This document shows, in pieces, positions 29,312 through 39,474 of a stretch of DNA of 64,000 nt. Source of the DNA: Rhodospirillaceae bacterium. GTDB lineage: Bacteria > Pseudomonadota > Alphaproteobacteria > CACIAM-22H2. How positions within the stretch are numbered: position 1 is the stretch's first letter; every line of letters begins with the position of its first letter. The translations under genes and the position numbers were made by a program. Below the pieces are notes generated by a model. That model ran no database searches. It was not told the DNA's origin and saw nothing but the letters and a program-made list of their open reading frames with translations. Where the stretch lies: contig SHVT01000001.1 in assembly GCA_009694125.1 (NCBI GenBank), forward strand, positions 6,105-70,104, given 5' to 3'.

Positions 29312-31507
29312 CTAAGGCACGGCCGGCCCGCCACCCGTCCGCTTACGCCGGGCGACCCCACGTACGACATTGTCGATCAACAGCCGACCGGCCGCGCCGC
29401 CCATCGTCAATATCGATTCCGGGTGGAACTGGACGCCTTCGACCGGCAGTTCCCGGTGCCGGATCGCCATGACGAGGCCGGTTTCGTTGCGGGCCGATAC
29501 TTCCAGGCTGGATGGGAATCGGTCCTCGCGGGCAACGAGTGAGTGATAGGCCCCCGCTGCGTAAGGCGAGGGCAGGCCGGCGAAGATGGTCCGTCCGTCA
29601 TGGCTGATCTTCCACGTCTTTCCATGGCGCGGTTCGTCGAGGACCCGTAGGTCGCCGCCAAACGCTTGGACCATGCCCTGAAGGCCCAGGCACACGCCGA
29701 ATTGACCGACGCCGCGTTCGGCCAAAGCGCGCACGAGATCGGGCACGCCGAATTGCTCAGGCCATCCAGGTCCCGGTGAATGGACGACCAGGTCGGGCGC
29801 TCCGGCAAGCAATCGCTCCAATTGTGTGCCGGCGCGCAACGTACGGACCTCCGCACCGGTTTGGCGGAAATAGTCGGCCAGCGTGTGGACGAAGGAATCC
29901 TCGTTATCGACGAATACGATCTTCAGGCCGACGCCCGGCGGCGACGCCGGCGCGCCGATGGCCGGAGAGGGCGGCGGCGAGGCCAGGTCCGCAAGCGCTC
30001 GAAACAGTGCGTTCGATTTCGTTCTTGTCTCTTCCTCTTCCTCGACCCCGACGGAATCCCAGACCAACGTCGCACCGACTCGATAGCGGGCCTTTCCGCC
30101 GATCAGATGGAACGTGCGGATGGTGATGCCGGTGTTGAGGTTGCCGTTGAACAGTAAGGCGCCGACTGCGCCGCCATACCAACCACGGGGGGAGGCCTCG
30201 AAGCCTTCGATGAGCTGCACGGCCATTTTCTTCGGCGCGCCGGTCAGCGTGACCGCCCACATATGCGACAGGAAGGCGTCAATGCCGGAAAAGCCCGGCC
30301 GCAACCGGCCTTCGACGTGATCGATGGTGTGATAAAGCCCGGCATAGGCCTCGATCAGCCGCCGGTCGAGCAGTTTCACCGTTCCGGGGACGCAAACGCG
30401 CGACTTGTCGTTGCGGTCGACGTCCGTGCACATCGTCAGCTCGACCTCGTCCTTTTCAGAATTGAGAAGCGCCAGCAGGCGCTCGGCATCCTCCATCGCA
30501 TTGCCGCCGCGGCGCACGGTGCCGGAAATCGGGCAGGATTCGATGCGGTCGCCCTCGACTCGAATGAACATCTCGGGTGATGTGCCGACCAATCGGTCCT
30601 CCCCGAGTTGTAGGAAGAACTCATACGGGCTCGGGTTAACCCGCCGGATTTGATGGTAGAGCGCCGAAGCCGGCCCGGTGTATTCGGTCTCAAAGACGCG
30701 GCTCAGCACGACCTCGAAGATATCGCCGGCTTTCATGCGCGCACGCGCCGTGTCGACCATCGCCGCGTAATTTTGCGGATTGCGATCGGAGGTTATCGCG
30801 GCCTTTCTAATCCCGGTGTTCGCGGCGGGGTGTGGCAGGGGCGCGAAGCTCGTTGCGTCCGCGCAGGCCATGCTTATCCCGTCCCGGGAAAGCACATAGT
30901 CGAATCGGTAGGCCGCTTCCTTGCGGCGATCCACGCAGGTCAAACAATCGGGAAAGTAAAGATGGAGGTCGCGGTCTTCGGGATTGCGCTTCTGGCTCAG
31001 AACAATTCTCTCGAACTGAAAAATCAGGTCGTAGCCAAAGGCCCCATAGAGTCCGAAAAAGGCATCGTCGATCCCGCGAAACTCTCCGATCAGGCGGCGC
31101 AGCGGCGAAAACAGCGAGGGCTGGAGGCTGCGGTCTTCCTCGGCGAAAAAGCCGTCGGACGGCCGGATGTCGAGACTAAGGCGCCGCGGACTGTCCTCGG
31201 CGATGTCGGTCTCGGGGCCGACGAGAATGGGCTTCAGGATGGCCAGAAGCCTCGTGCCGCGTTCGTTGAGCGCGGACAACGACAGGCGTTGTCCCCGCGC
31301 CTTGATTTCGATCGGCGGACCCGCGAAACCGATGTCCCAGCGCGAATAGCGGCCGGGATACTCGACGCCGGAGGACAGCAGCACCCCGCGTTCGCCGTCC
31401 AGCCGTTCGGCGAGGCCGGCGATGCCTTGTTTGAAGTCCAGCGTCGTGGTCGTTCGCTCGACGAGGACTCCGGAAGGCGTGGTAAAGCGATCTGTCATGT
31501 CTTGCAC
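29312..31507 (-). CDS. trpE: Anthranilate synthase, fused components I and II, TrpE(G)
   Basis: 731 aa. The N-terminal part is a TrpE chorismate-binding domain. The C-terminal part is a glutamine amidotransferase (…GVCLGLQGMVQAFGG…). Confidence 0.9.
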   Translation of the reverse strand: MQDMTDRFTTPSGVLVERTTTTLDFKQGIAGLAERLDGERGVLLSSGVEYPGRYSRWDIGFAGPPIEIKARGQRLSLSALNERGTRLLAILKPILVGPETDIAEDSPRRLSLDIRPSDGFFAEEDRSLQPSLFSPLRRLIGEFRGIDDAFFGLYGAFGYDLIFQFERIVLSQKRNPEDRDLHLYFPDCLTCVDRRKEAAYRFDYVLSRDGISMACADATSFAPLPHPAANTGIRKAAITSDRNPQNYAAMVDTARARMKAGDIFEVVLSRVFETEYTGPASALYHQIRRVNPSPYEFFLQLGEDRLVGTSPEMFIRVEGDRIESCPISGTVRRGGNAMEDAERLLALLNSEKDEVELTMCTDVDRNDKSRVCVPGTVKLLDRRLIEAYAGLYHTIDHVEGRLRPGFSGIDAFLSHMWAVTLTGAPKKMAVQLIEGFEASPRGWYGGAVGALLFNGNLNTGITIRTFHLIGGKARYRVGATLVWDSVGVEEEEETRTKSNALFRALADLASPPPSPAIGAPASPPGVGLKIVFVDNEDSFVHTLADYFRQTGAEVRTLRAGTQLERLLAGAPDLVVHSPGPGWPEQFGVPDLVRALAERGVGQFGVCLGLQGMVQAFGGDLRVLDEPRHGKTWKISHDGRTIFAGLPSPYAAGAYHSLVAREDRFPSSLEVSARNETGLVMAIRHRELPVEGVQFHPESILTMGGAAGRLLIDNVVRGVARRKRTGGGPAVP

Positions 31508-31599
31508 CCGCTGGCTTGCGATTCCGACGGCAGGCCGCCGGCCGATGCCGAGTGCCCTGCGTCGTCAAGCGGTTGAAATGAAAGGCGTCGTGGATCTTT

Positions 31600-31707
31600 G
31601 GCTAACAGCTTCGCCAGAGCCAGACCTGCCAGATGCGCGGATTCGTCAGACGGGACTTTTTCGCCGGCATAATGGCGGCACGATAACATTGGCGCGGAAG
31701 ACGGTCC
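31600..31707 (-). promoter_or_regulatory. trpL: Candidate trp leader peptide ORF (attenuator) upstream of trpE(G)
   Basis: The minus-strand ORF MDRLPRQCYRAAIMPAKKSRLTNPRIWQVWLWRSC* (or the shorter MPAKK… from 31668) has three Trp codons in its last 10 codons. It lies 93 nt upstream of the trpE(G) start. Confidence 0.45.
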
Positions 31708-31757
31708 ATCCTCCGGGCGCCGGAACCGCGCCGGAACCGAAACGCCGCGAGCGCCGC

Positions 31758-32868
31758 TTACGCCTGGTAGGTGGGCAGCTTGAACAGCCGCGCCGCGTTG
31801 CCATGCGCAATCTTGGTCGCCAGATCCCGCGGAAGCTGCGCGATCAACGCGCGGGTCTCGGTCGATTTCGGCAGCTTGCGAAGGCGGAACGCGGCGGCCA
31901 TGTGCTGATGGCCGGAGCCGATCATAAAACGGTCGCTGAAATCGCCGAGTAATTTGAGCCAGTCGGGCTTGAGGCGGCTGTTGTTGTCGAGCGGACGTGT
32001 GGCAGCGACACTCAACCGGTCGATGCGGATGCTCATATACAGGTTTGGGTTGGCGGCCAGAAGCTCCCGCAGAAGCTCCGGCGTGCGGTGGCCGGTATTG
32101 TCCCAGCCCGTATTCGCCCAGATGATATTGGCCTTGCGGTTGGCACCGAGCAGCTTTTTGAATTCTTCGATATTGGCCGGCAGGCTTTCGGGATTGTTCG
32201 GCGTGCGCGCCGCCCAAACCTTCGCGAGGGTGTATTCCTTCACCACCGCTTCCATATGAACCATCATCGGCACGCCGCTCTCCGCCGCTAGGTTCGCCAG
32301 TTGGGTGACCAAGGGGTGGTCCGGGGGCGCCGAGACATAGGGCTGGTCCTTGTTGAAGGACAATTGCTCGAGCCCGATCTCGCCGAAACCCATGCCTCCG
32401 GCGGCCAAGATGGCCTTGGCCTTGGCCTCGAAATCGGCCTTCAAGGCGGGTGATACCGCGTTGGTGCGAACGGACTGCTGGATGATGAGATTGAGCTGGC
32501 CGCCGCCGCCGAGAAAGCCGAAACGGTCGGCCTTGGCCTTCAGAATGTCGGCAAAGAAATCATAATCGTGCAATGATAAGGTGGTTGATCGCGAAAGGTG
32601 GCGGCATGACGATGGCCCGCTTGAAATTGAGCGCATCCATCGTTTCCAGCGCTTCATCCGCCGCGCTTCCGTAATGGTTGCCGGGTATTCCCGGGGCGCG
32701 GCCAACCAGATAGACCTGCGTATCGATGACTGGGATGCCGATGTCGATATTCTGCGCTGCGGCGTCGCCCGACCGGCTCAGCGTGCGCAACGCGACTGCG
32801 CCAAGGGCCGCACGCGAAAACACGCCAAGTGCCTTCCGGCGATCAACAGGGTGGTGGTTGTCGGTCAT
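31758..32868 (-). pseudogene. Tat-exported amidohydrolase-family (TIM-barrel metal-dependent hydrolase) gene, frameshifted near 32560-32600
   Basis: The N-terminal frame is MTDNHHPVDRRKALGVFSRAALGAVAL…IPVIDTQVYL…, ending at the stop at 32560. The protein-like sequence resumes in another frame (…LSLHDYDFFADILKAKADRFGFLGGGGQLN…) and runs to 31758. Confidence 0.5.
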
Positions 32869-33099
32869 GCCTCGATTCCTTTCGCTCAAGCCCATCAGTG
32901 ACACGAGGGCCCGCTTGTCGTCGTCGGCGCGGCTCGAAACTCCTACATAAGCCTCTGATCTAGAGCAGATTGGACCCGCCATCAACCGTCAAACTGTTAC
33001 CGCTTTCTTGAGCCGTGGTGAATTTTTCCGGACAAGGCGTTATACGGTGGACAAGTCCGTTTGGCAGCCGAGTTTGTTCGCAATGACCTATCCCGCTCA

Positions 33100-34074
33100 A
33101 TGACCGTTCTCCTGACCGGCGCCGCCGGGTTTATCGGCTACCATGTCGCACAGGCACTGCTTGCTCGCGGAAACGCCGTCATCGGCATCGACGACCTCAA
33201 CGCCTATTACGAGCCGGGGCTGAAACAGGCTCGCCTCGACCGCCTCACGCGGCAAAAGGGATTTTCGTTCAGCAAGATCGATATCGCCGACCGCGACGCC
33301 GTCACCGCGCTGGTGGCGCGCCATCCCGAAATCGAAGGGGCGGTTCACCTCGCCGCCCAGGCCGGCGTTCGTTATTCGCTTGAACACCCCGAAGCCTATG
33401 TGCGGGCAAATCTGGACGGTCACTTTGCCGTGATCGATGCCTGCCGGCGCCTGCCCCGGCTGCGCCACCTGGTTTATGCCTCGTCGTCATCGGTCTATGG
33501 CGGCAATACGAAATTGCCCTTCGCCGTCGAAGACCGGGTCGACCGACCGATTTCCCTCTACGCCGCAACCAAAGCGGCGGACGAGCTGATCAGCCGCTGC
33601 TACAGCCATCTGTACGGAATGAAGATGACCGGGCTGCGGTTTTTCACGGTTTATGGACCTTGGGGACGGCCCGACATGTCCGCCTACATCTTCACCAAGG
33701 CGATCCTCGCGGGCGAGCCGATCACCGTATTCAACAACGGCGACATGAAACGCGACTTCACATATGTCGACGATATCGTTGCCGGCGTCCTCGCCTGTCT
33801 CGATCGCCCTCCGCCGGGGGGTGATGACTCCCACCGCCTGTACAATCTCGGCAATCATCGCGCGGAGCCGCTGATGCGGTTCATAGGCGAGATCGAGCGC
33901 GCCACCGGACGCAAGGCGCAAATGCGTTTTGCCCCGCTACAGCCCGGCGACGTGAAGGAAACCTTCGCCGATATCGACTCGTCGCGTCGCGATCTTGGTT
34001 TCGAACCGAAGACCGGCATCGACGAGGGCGTGCCGCGTTTCGTCGCCTGGTACCGCGACTATCACCGCGTCTAG
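33100..34074 (+). CDS. NAD-dependent epimerase/dehydratase (UDP-glucuronate 4-epimerase-like)
   Basis: MTVLLTGAAGFIGYH Rossmann motif, YAATK catalytic motif. Confidence 0.8.
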   Translation: MTVLLTGAAGFIGYHVAQALLARGNAVIGIDDLNAYYEPGLKQARLDRLTRQKGFSFSKIDIADRDAVTALVARHPEIEGAVHLAAQAGVRYSLEHPEAYVRANLDGHFAVIDACRRLPRLRHLVYASSSSVYGGNTKLPFAVEDRVDRPISLYAATKAADELISRCYSHLYGMKMTGLRFFTVYGPWGRPDMSAYIFTKAILAGEPITVFNNGDMKRDFTYVDDIVAGVLACLDRPPPGGDDSHRLYNLGNHRAEPLMRFIGEIERATGRKAQMRFAPLQPGDVKETFADIDSSRRDLGFEPKTGIDEGVPRFVAWYRDYHRV

Positions 34075-35419
34075 TTGGCGGGCGGTACGCCGCAGGCCGA
34101 CAGCGCGTCGCTCTGCCGCCGGCCCAGGGTGTCTTCGTCGAAATCGCCGATCAGGTCGTGAAACAGGCGGTACCAGTTGATCTCCGCCTTGAGGTGGAGA
34201 AAGACCGACCCCAGGCCGATCGCCGCGCGGTCCATGAGGACGAATTCGCGGGGCGGCGTGACCCCGCCCAGACGGCGCAGTTCCGCGTGCACCTTGCCGG
34301 CGACCTCCGCGCCATAGACGCCGCCCGTAGTGTCCTGGATACGCCGCGCCTTGTCTTCCATCAGCGGCGCGTAGACGAATTCCGCCCAGTGATTGAGAAC
34401 CGCGATCACGTCCTTCGATAGGTTCTTGAACCCCCAAGTCTCATAAGCAAACACCGCAAGTTTGGAATCGTTGGTGTTCAGTGCGTTGTAAAGGTCGATG
34501 ACGCCACGCACGAAAGACGGTTTGAACACGCGCACGCAGCCAAAATCGAGAAGATTGACCGACCCGTCTGTACAGGCGGCATAGTTGCCCAGATGCGGGT
34601 CGCCATGGATGACGCCGTAGTCGTAGAACGGCAGATACCACGCGCGAAACATGTTGTAGGCGACGATGTTGGCGCGCTTGGGGTGGGTCTTGACGAAATC
34701 GGTCAGCCTTTCGCCGTCCAGCCAGGTCATGGTCAACAACCGCCGGGTGGACAGCTCCTGCCGAACGCTTGGGACATTCACGCCCTTTTCGTCCTGATGG
34801 ATCAGCCCATACAGGCGGACATGGCTGGCTTCGCGTCCATAGTCGAGTTCCTCGCGAAGACGGGCGGAAATCTCGGCATGGATCTGGCTGGTCGTCACCG
34901 CGCGGTCATACCGCTCGAAAATGGAGAAGGCGAGTTTGAGTTGCTGGAGATCCGCCTCCACCGCCGAATCCATGTCCGGATATTGAAGCTTGCATGCCAG
35001 TCGTTCGCCATCCGGCGATTGCGCGCGATGGACCTGCCCGAGAGAGGCCGCCGCCGCCGCCTCGCGGCCGAAGGATCGGAAGCGCTTTTCCCAGTTCGGT
35101 CCAAGCTCCGCGGCCATACGCCTGCGCACGAAGGGCCAACCCATCGACGGCGCCTGCGATTGTAGCTGCGTCAACTCGTGGACATATTCCTTGGGCAGGG
35201 CGTCGGGAATCGTGGAGAGGAGCTGGGCCACCTTCATCAGTGGCCCTTTGAGTCCCCCAAGCGCCCGCCGCAAATCTGCGGCGTGGCGCTGGCGATCGAT
35301 GGCGACCCCGAAAAAGCGCTCGCCGGCAAGTCGGGCCGCCAGCCCGCCGACGGACGCGGTTACCCGGGCATAACGACGCGCCCGACCGGTTAGCGTATTT
35401 TCGTCAACCGGCTCGGCCA
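34071..35419 (-). CDS. ABC1/UbiB family atypical kinase
   Basis: ABC1 kinase motifs (…AAASLGQVHRA…VIHGDPHLGN…LLDFGCV…). The start was taken at MAEPVDE. Confidence 0.75.
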
Positions 35420-35425
35420 TGGACC

Positions 35426-37261
35426 TTAATCGAGCGTTTCGAGTTCGTCGATAAAACCTTCGATCACCGCAAGCCCGCGTGCCCAAAAAGATGGATCCGA
35501 TGCGTCCAGTCCGAAGGGTGCCAGCAGCTCCTTGTGCCGGCGTGTGCCACCGGCGCGCAGCATGTCGAGATATTTGGGCGCAAAACCCTCCGGTTGCCGG
35601 CGATAGACGGCGTAGAGCGAATTCACGAGGCAATCGCCGAAGGCATAGGCGTACACGTAAAACGGCGAGTGGATGAAATGGGGGATGTATGTCCACCACA
35701 CCTTGTATTCGTCATGGAGATTGAGGGCGGGACCCAGGCTTTCGTTTTGAACCGCCATCCAGATTTCGCCGATTCGTTCGGCCGTCATCTCCCCAGCGCG
35801 GCGTTCGTCGTGGAGGCGGCGTTCAAATTCGAAGAAGGCGATCTGCCGCACCACCGTGTTGATCATGTCCTCGACCTTGCCGGCCAGCAGCGCCTTGCGC
35901 CGCTTGGCGTCGGCCTTGGCCAGAAGGGCCTGGAAGGTCAACATCTCGCCGAAGACCGACGCCGTCTCGGCCAAGGTCAGAGGCGTATCCGCCATCAATT
36001 GGCCTTGGGGGGCGGCCAAAATCTGGTGGACCCCGTGCCCCAATTCATGGGCCAACGTCATGACGTCCCGGGTCTTCCCCTGGTAATTGAGCAGCAGATA
36101 GGGATGGGCCGAGGGCACGGTGGGATGGGCAAAAGCGCCGGGCGCCTTGCCCGGCCGCGCCTCCGCGTCGATCCAATCGCTGTCGAAAAAACGAGCCCCG
36201 ATCGACGCCAATTCCGGTGAAAAGCGCGAATACGCGGAAAGTACGGTCTCGCGCGCGCTCGGCCATTCGATGACCAGGTTGTCGGATTCCGGCAGGGGGG
36301 CGTTGCGGTCCCAATAATCGAGGCGGTCCACGCCGAACCACCGCGCCTTGAGCCGGTAGTATCGATGGGACAGGCGCGGGAAGGATTGGCGCACGGCGGC
36401 AACCAGGGCGTCGACCACCTCGTCCTCGACGCGGTTGGCGAGATTGCGCGACGACACCGGGCGGCGATAGGCACGCCAGCGATCCTCGATCTCCTTTTCC
36501 TTGGCCAAGGTGTTGGTGACCAGCGAAAACAGGCGGGTATTGGCTCCGAACACCGCGCTGAGCGATTGGGCGGCGGCGCGACGCAACCGTGGATCGTGTT
36601 CGGACAAAAGGTGCAAGGCCTCCGCGCTTGACAAAGCGCGGCCGTCGACGGGAAAACGCAACGAGGCGATGGTCTCGTCGAATAGCCGCACCCAAGCGGC
36701 GCGGCCGGCGACCTGTTTTTCGTGCAGCAGTTTTTCAAGGTCGTCGGAAAGCTGATGTGGCCGGAAGGCACGCAGATCGCGCAGCCACGGTTGGTAATGG
36801 GCGAGTTCCTTGGCCTTGAGCTTGTTCTCGATCGCCTCATCGTCCAGGCGATTGAGTTCGAGCGTGAAGAACAGAGTGCGTGTGGAAATCGCGTTGATCT
36901 TTTCTTGCGTGGTCTGAAAAAAGCGGCCGATTTCAGGGTCGTCCATACACCCCGCATGGGTCAGTTCGGCGAAACTGCCGATGCGCCCAAGGCGTTCCTC
37001 GAGCCTTTCGTATTCGGCCACGGCCTTCCCCAGCGCCGCTCCGGGCATCGCCGCCAATTTCCCTTGATAGCGAATCTGGAAGGCCTCGGCCTCTTTAGCG
37101 GCGGCCGCCAAATCCGATTCAAGGGCCGCGGAATCCGGGCTGGAATAGAGATCGCTCAAATTCCAGCGTGGCGCCGTCACCGCCGCCGGTATCGAAGTCG
37201 CCGCGCCAACGTTCGACATGTTTTGCTCCCGGTCGTCACCATCGGTATAAGCTTCCTTCAC
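35426..37261 (-). CDS. pepF: Oligoendopeptidase F (M3 family metallopeptidase)
   Basis: HELGHGVHQ zinc motif. ~600 aa. An alternative start at MSNVGA would be at 37219. Confidence 0.8.
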   Translation of the reverse strand: MKEAYTDGDDREQNMSNVGAATSIPAAVTAPRWNLSDLYSSPDSAALESDLAAAAKEAEAFQIRYQGKLAAMPGAALGKAVAEYERLEERLGRIGSFAELTHAGCMDDPEIGRFFQTTQEKINAISTRTLFFTLELNRLDDEAIENKLKAKELAHYQPWLRDLRAFRPHQLSDDLEKLLHEKQVAGRAAWVRLFDETIASLRFPVDGRALSSAEALHLLSEHDPRLRRAAAQSLSAVFGANTRLFSLVTNTLAKEKEIEDRWRAYRRPVSSRNLANRVEDEVVDALVAAVRQSFPRLSHRYYRLKARWFGVDRLDYWDRNAPLPESDNLVIEWPSARETVLSAYSRFSPELASIGARFFDSDWIDAEARPGKAPGAFAHPTVPSAHPYLLLNYQGKTRDVMTLAHELGHGVHQILAAPQGQLMADTPLTLAETASVFGEMLTFQALLAKADAKRRKALLAGKVEDMINTVVRQIAFFEFERRLHDERRAGEMTAERIGEIWMAVQNESLGPALNLHDEYKVWWTYIPHFIHSPFYVYAYAFGDCLVNSLYAVYRRQPEGFAPKYLDMLRAGGTRRHKELLAPFGLDASDPSFWARGLAVIEGFIDELETLD

Positions 37262-37296
37262 AACCCGGCCAAGTCTCCAGGCGCCGGGAGGGAGGG

Positions 37297-39090
37297 ATGA
37301 TGGACTACGATCGGTTGGTGAACCTTCCGAAACTGTTCTTCGACCAAGCCGATCGGTTGGGGGACAAGCTGTTTCTCTGGGCGAAACGGGACGGCCGTTT
37401 CGTCGGCAGAAGCTGGAAGGAGACTGCGGCGGAAGTCAGCTCGCTTTCGCGGGGTTTGCGCGCGCTTGGCATCGGTGTGGGCGACCGGGTCGTGCTGGTC
37501 TGCGAAAATCGGCCGGAATGGCTGATCGCCGATATCGCGATCATGGCCGCTGGCGCGGTTAGCGTTCCCGCCTATGTGACCAATACTTCGGACGATCATT
37601 TTCACATCCTGAACAATAGCGGCGCCAAGGCCGCGATCGTATCGACCGCGGCGCTCGCCGAACGGCTATTGCCGGCGGCGGCGCGCATCAAGGATCTCAA
37701 TTGCGTCGTCACGCTGGAACCCGCGGACGCCGGCAAAAGCGGCGTTCGACTGCGCGCCTGGAAGGATCTGGTCAGTCTGGGCGAACGCCAGCCCGATGAC
37801 GTGCGGGAGCGTGTTGGCCGCATCAAGCGCAACGAGTTGAGCTGCATCATCTATACCTCGGGCACCGGCGGCCTTCCCAAGGGCGTGGCGCTGTCTCACG
37901 GCTCGATGATCAGCAACTGTAAGGGCGCCTATAAGTTGCTGTTGGAACTCGGGCTGTCCGATGAGGTGTTCCTTTGTTTCCTGCCGCTTTCGCACTCCTA
38001 CGAACACACCGCCGGGATGTTCTTCCCGACCTCCATCGGCGCGCAGATTTACTATTCCAGCGCCGAGACACTTGCCCAGGACATGGTCGAGGTGCGGCCG
38101 ACGATCATGACCGCCGTGCCGCGGCTGTATGAAAGTCTCCATCAGCGCATCCGCCGCGGGGTCGACCGCGAGAGGGGGTTGAAGCGCGCATTGTTCGAGA
38201 AGGCGTTGGAGCTGGGCACTCGCCGCCTTGAGCGGCCGGAATCCCTCACTTTGGGCGACAGACTGATCGATCTGGTGGTCGACAAGCTGGTCCGCAACAA
38301 GGTCAGGGGCCGGTTCGGCGGAAGGCTGAAAGCGCTCGTCTCCGGCGGGGCACCGCTCAGCTACGACATTGGGTTGTTTTTTACGTCGCTTGGGCTCCTG
38401 TTGCTGCAAGGGTACGGCCAGACCGAGGCGGCGCCGGTGGTCAGTTGCAATCCGCCTTCGCGGGTCAAACTGCGGACCGTCGGCCCGCCGCTTTGTGATG
38501 TCGAGGTGAAAATCGCGGAGGACGGAGAAATTCTCGTGCGCGGCGAATTGGTGATGCAGGGCTATTGGAACGATCCCGCCGCAACCGCCTCGACCATACG
38601 CGACGGTTGGTTGCACACCGGCGACATCGGCGTCGTGGACAGCGACGGCTACATTCAGATCACCGATCGCAAGAAGGACATCATCGTCAATTCCGGCGGG
38701 GACAATGTTTCACCGGCGCGCGTCGAATCCGCGCTGACGCTCCAGGCGGAGATCGCTCAAGCCTATGTCCATGGCGACCGGCATCCCTATCTCGTCGGGT
38801 TGTTGGTGCCCGACGCCGACTTCGCGGAGAATTGGGCCAAGGCCAACAACCGGTCCAAGGATCTCGCTGCGTTGGCCAATGATCGCGATTTTCATGCCGC
38901 CATGGATGCCGTGGTCGAACGCGTCAACAAGACATTGTCGTTGATCGAACGGGTTCGCCGCTTCGCTTTGGCGACGGAGCCTTTCACCGTGGCGAATGGC
39001 CAAATGACGCCATCGCTGAAGATCAGACGCCACGCGATTCGCAAGAGTTACGGCGAGCGCCTGGAGGCCCTTTACGAAGCCCAACGCTGA
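37297..39090 (+). CDS. Long-chain fatty acid--CoA ligase (AMP-dependent synthetase)
   Basis: AMP-binding motif IYTSGTGGLPKGV, and the GYGQTE and GWLHTGD motifs. The ORF-track N-terminal extension is discounted. Confidence 0.85.
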   Translation: MMDYDRLVNLPKLFFDQADRLGDKLFLWAKRDGRFVGRSWKETAAEVSSLSRGLRALGIGVGDRVVLVCENRPEWLIADIAIMAAGAVSVPAYVTNTSDDHFHILNNSGAKAAIVSTAALAERLLPAAARIKDLNCVVTLEPADAGKSGVRLRAWKDLVSLGERQPDDVRERVGRIKRNELSCIIYTSGTGGLPKGVALSHGSMISNCKGAYKLLLELGLSDEVFLCFLPLSHSYEHTAGMFFPTSIGAQIYYSSAETLAQDMVEVRPTIMTAVPRLYESLHQRIRRGVDRERGLKRALFEKALELGTRRLERPESLTLGDRLIDLVVDKLVRNKVRGRFGGRLKALVSGGAPLSYDIGLFFTSLGLLLLQGYGQTEAAPVVSCNPPSRVKLRTVGPPLCDVEVKIAEDGEILVRGELVMQGYWNDPAATASTIRDGWLHTGDIGVVDSDGYIQITDRKKDIIVNSGGDNVSPARVESALTLQAEIAQAYVHGDRHPYLVGLLVPDADFAENWAKANNRSKDLAALANDRDFHAAMDAVVERVNKTLSLIERVRRFALATEPFTVANGQMTPSLKIRRHAIRKSYGERLEALYEAQR

Positions 39091-39105
39091 TGGCGACCCG
39101 TCGAT

Positions 39106-39474
39106 CTAACCGCTGGCGGGAAATTCCGGCGTTGCCTGGTCCAACCAACCGAGGATCGCGATACTTTCCTTTTCGATGTAGGCGAGGAAATCGGTCTCCT
39201 TGCCGATCTCGACCAGCATCACGAATCGATGGCCGGTGGACCGGTTCAAGGTCAGCACCGGGCGTAGCCGGAAGCGGGTCAACCGGCTGTTGAGTGAAGG
39301 CGTCGCGTAATATCCCCAGGATTTGCGAACGACGTCGTATTCCGTGCCCGATGCGGTGGTGAAGGTCACGATTTCATCGGCCGCCAATGCAACATCGGCC
39401 ACGTGCCGCAATGTTATGTCGCGCTCGCGGCCCACGCGGAATTCGCGCGGCGGCTCGATCGGGGCCAATTTCAT
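39106..39474 (-). CDS. Hypothetical protein, last gene of the sugar-modification operon
   Basis: 122 aa with no recognisable motif. Its start overlaps the cytidylyltransferase stop by 4 nt. Confidence 0.4.
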   Translation of the reverse strand: MKLAPIEPPREFRVGRERDITLRHVADVALAADEIVTFTTASGTEYDVVRKSWGYYATPSLNSRLTRFRLRPVLTLNRSTGHRFVMLVEIGKETDFLAYIEKESIAILGWLDQATPEFPASG

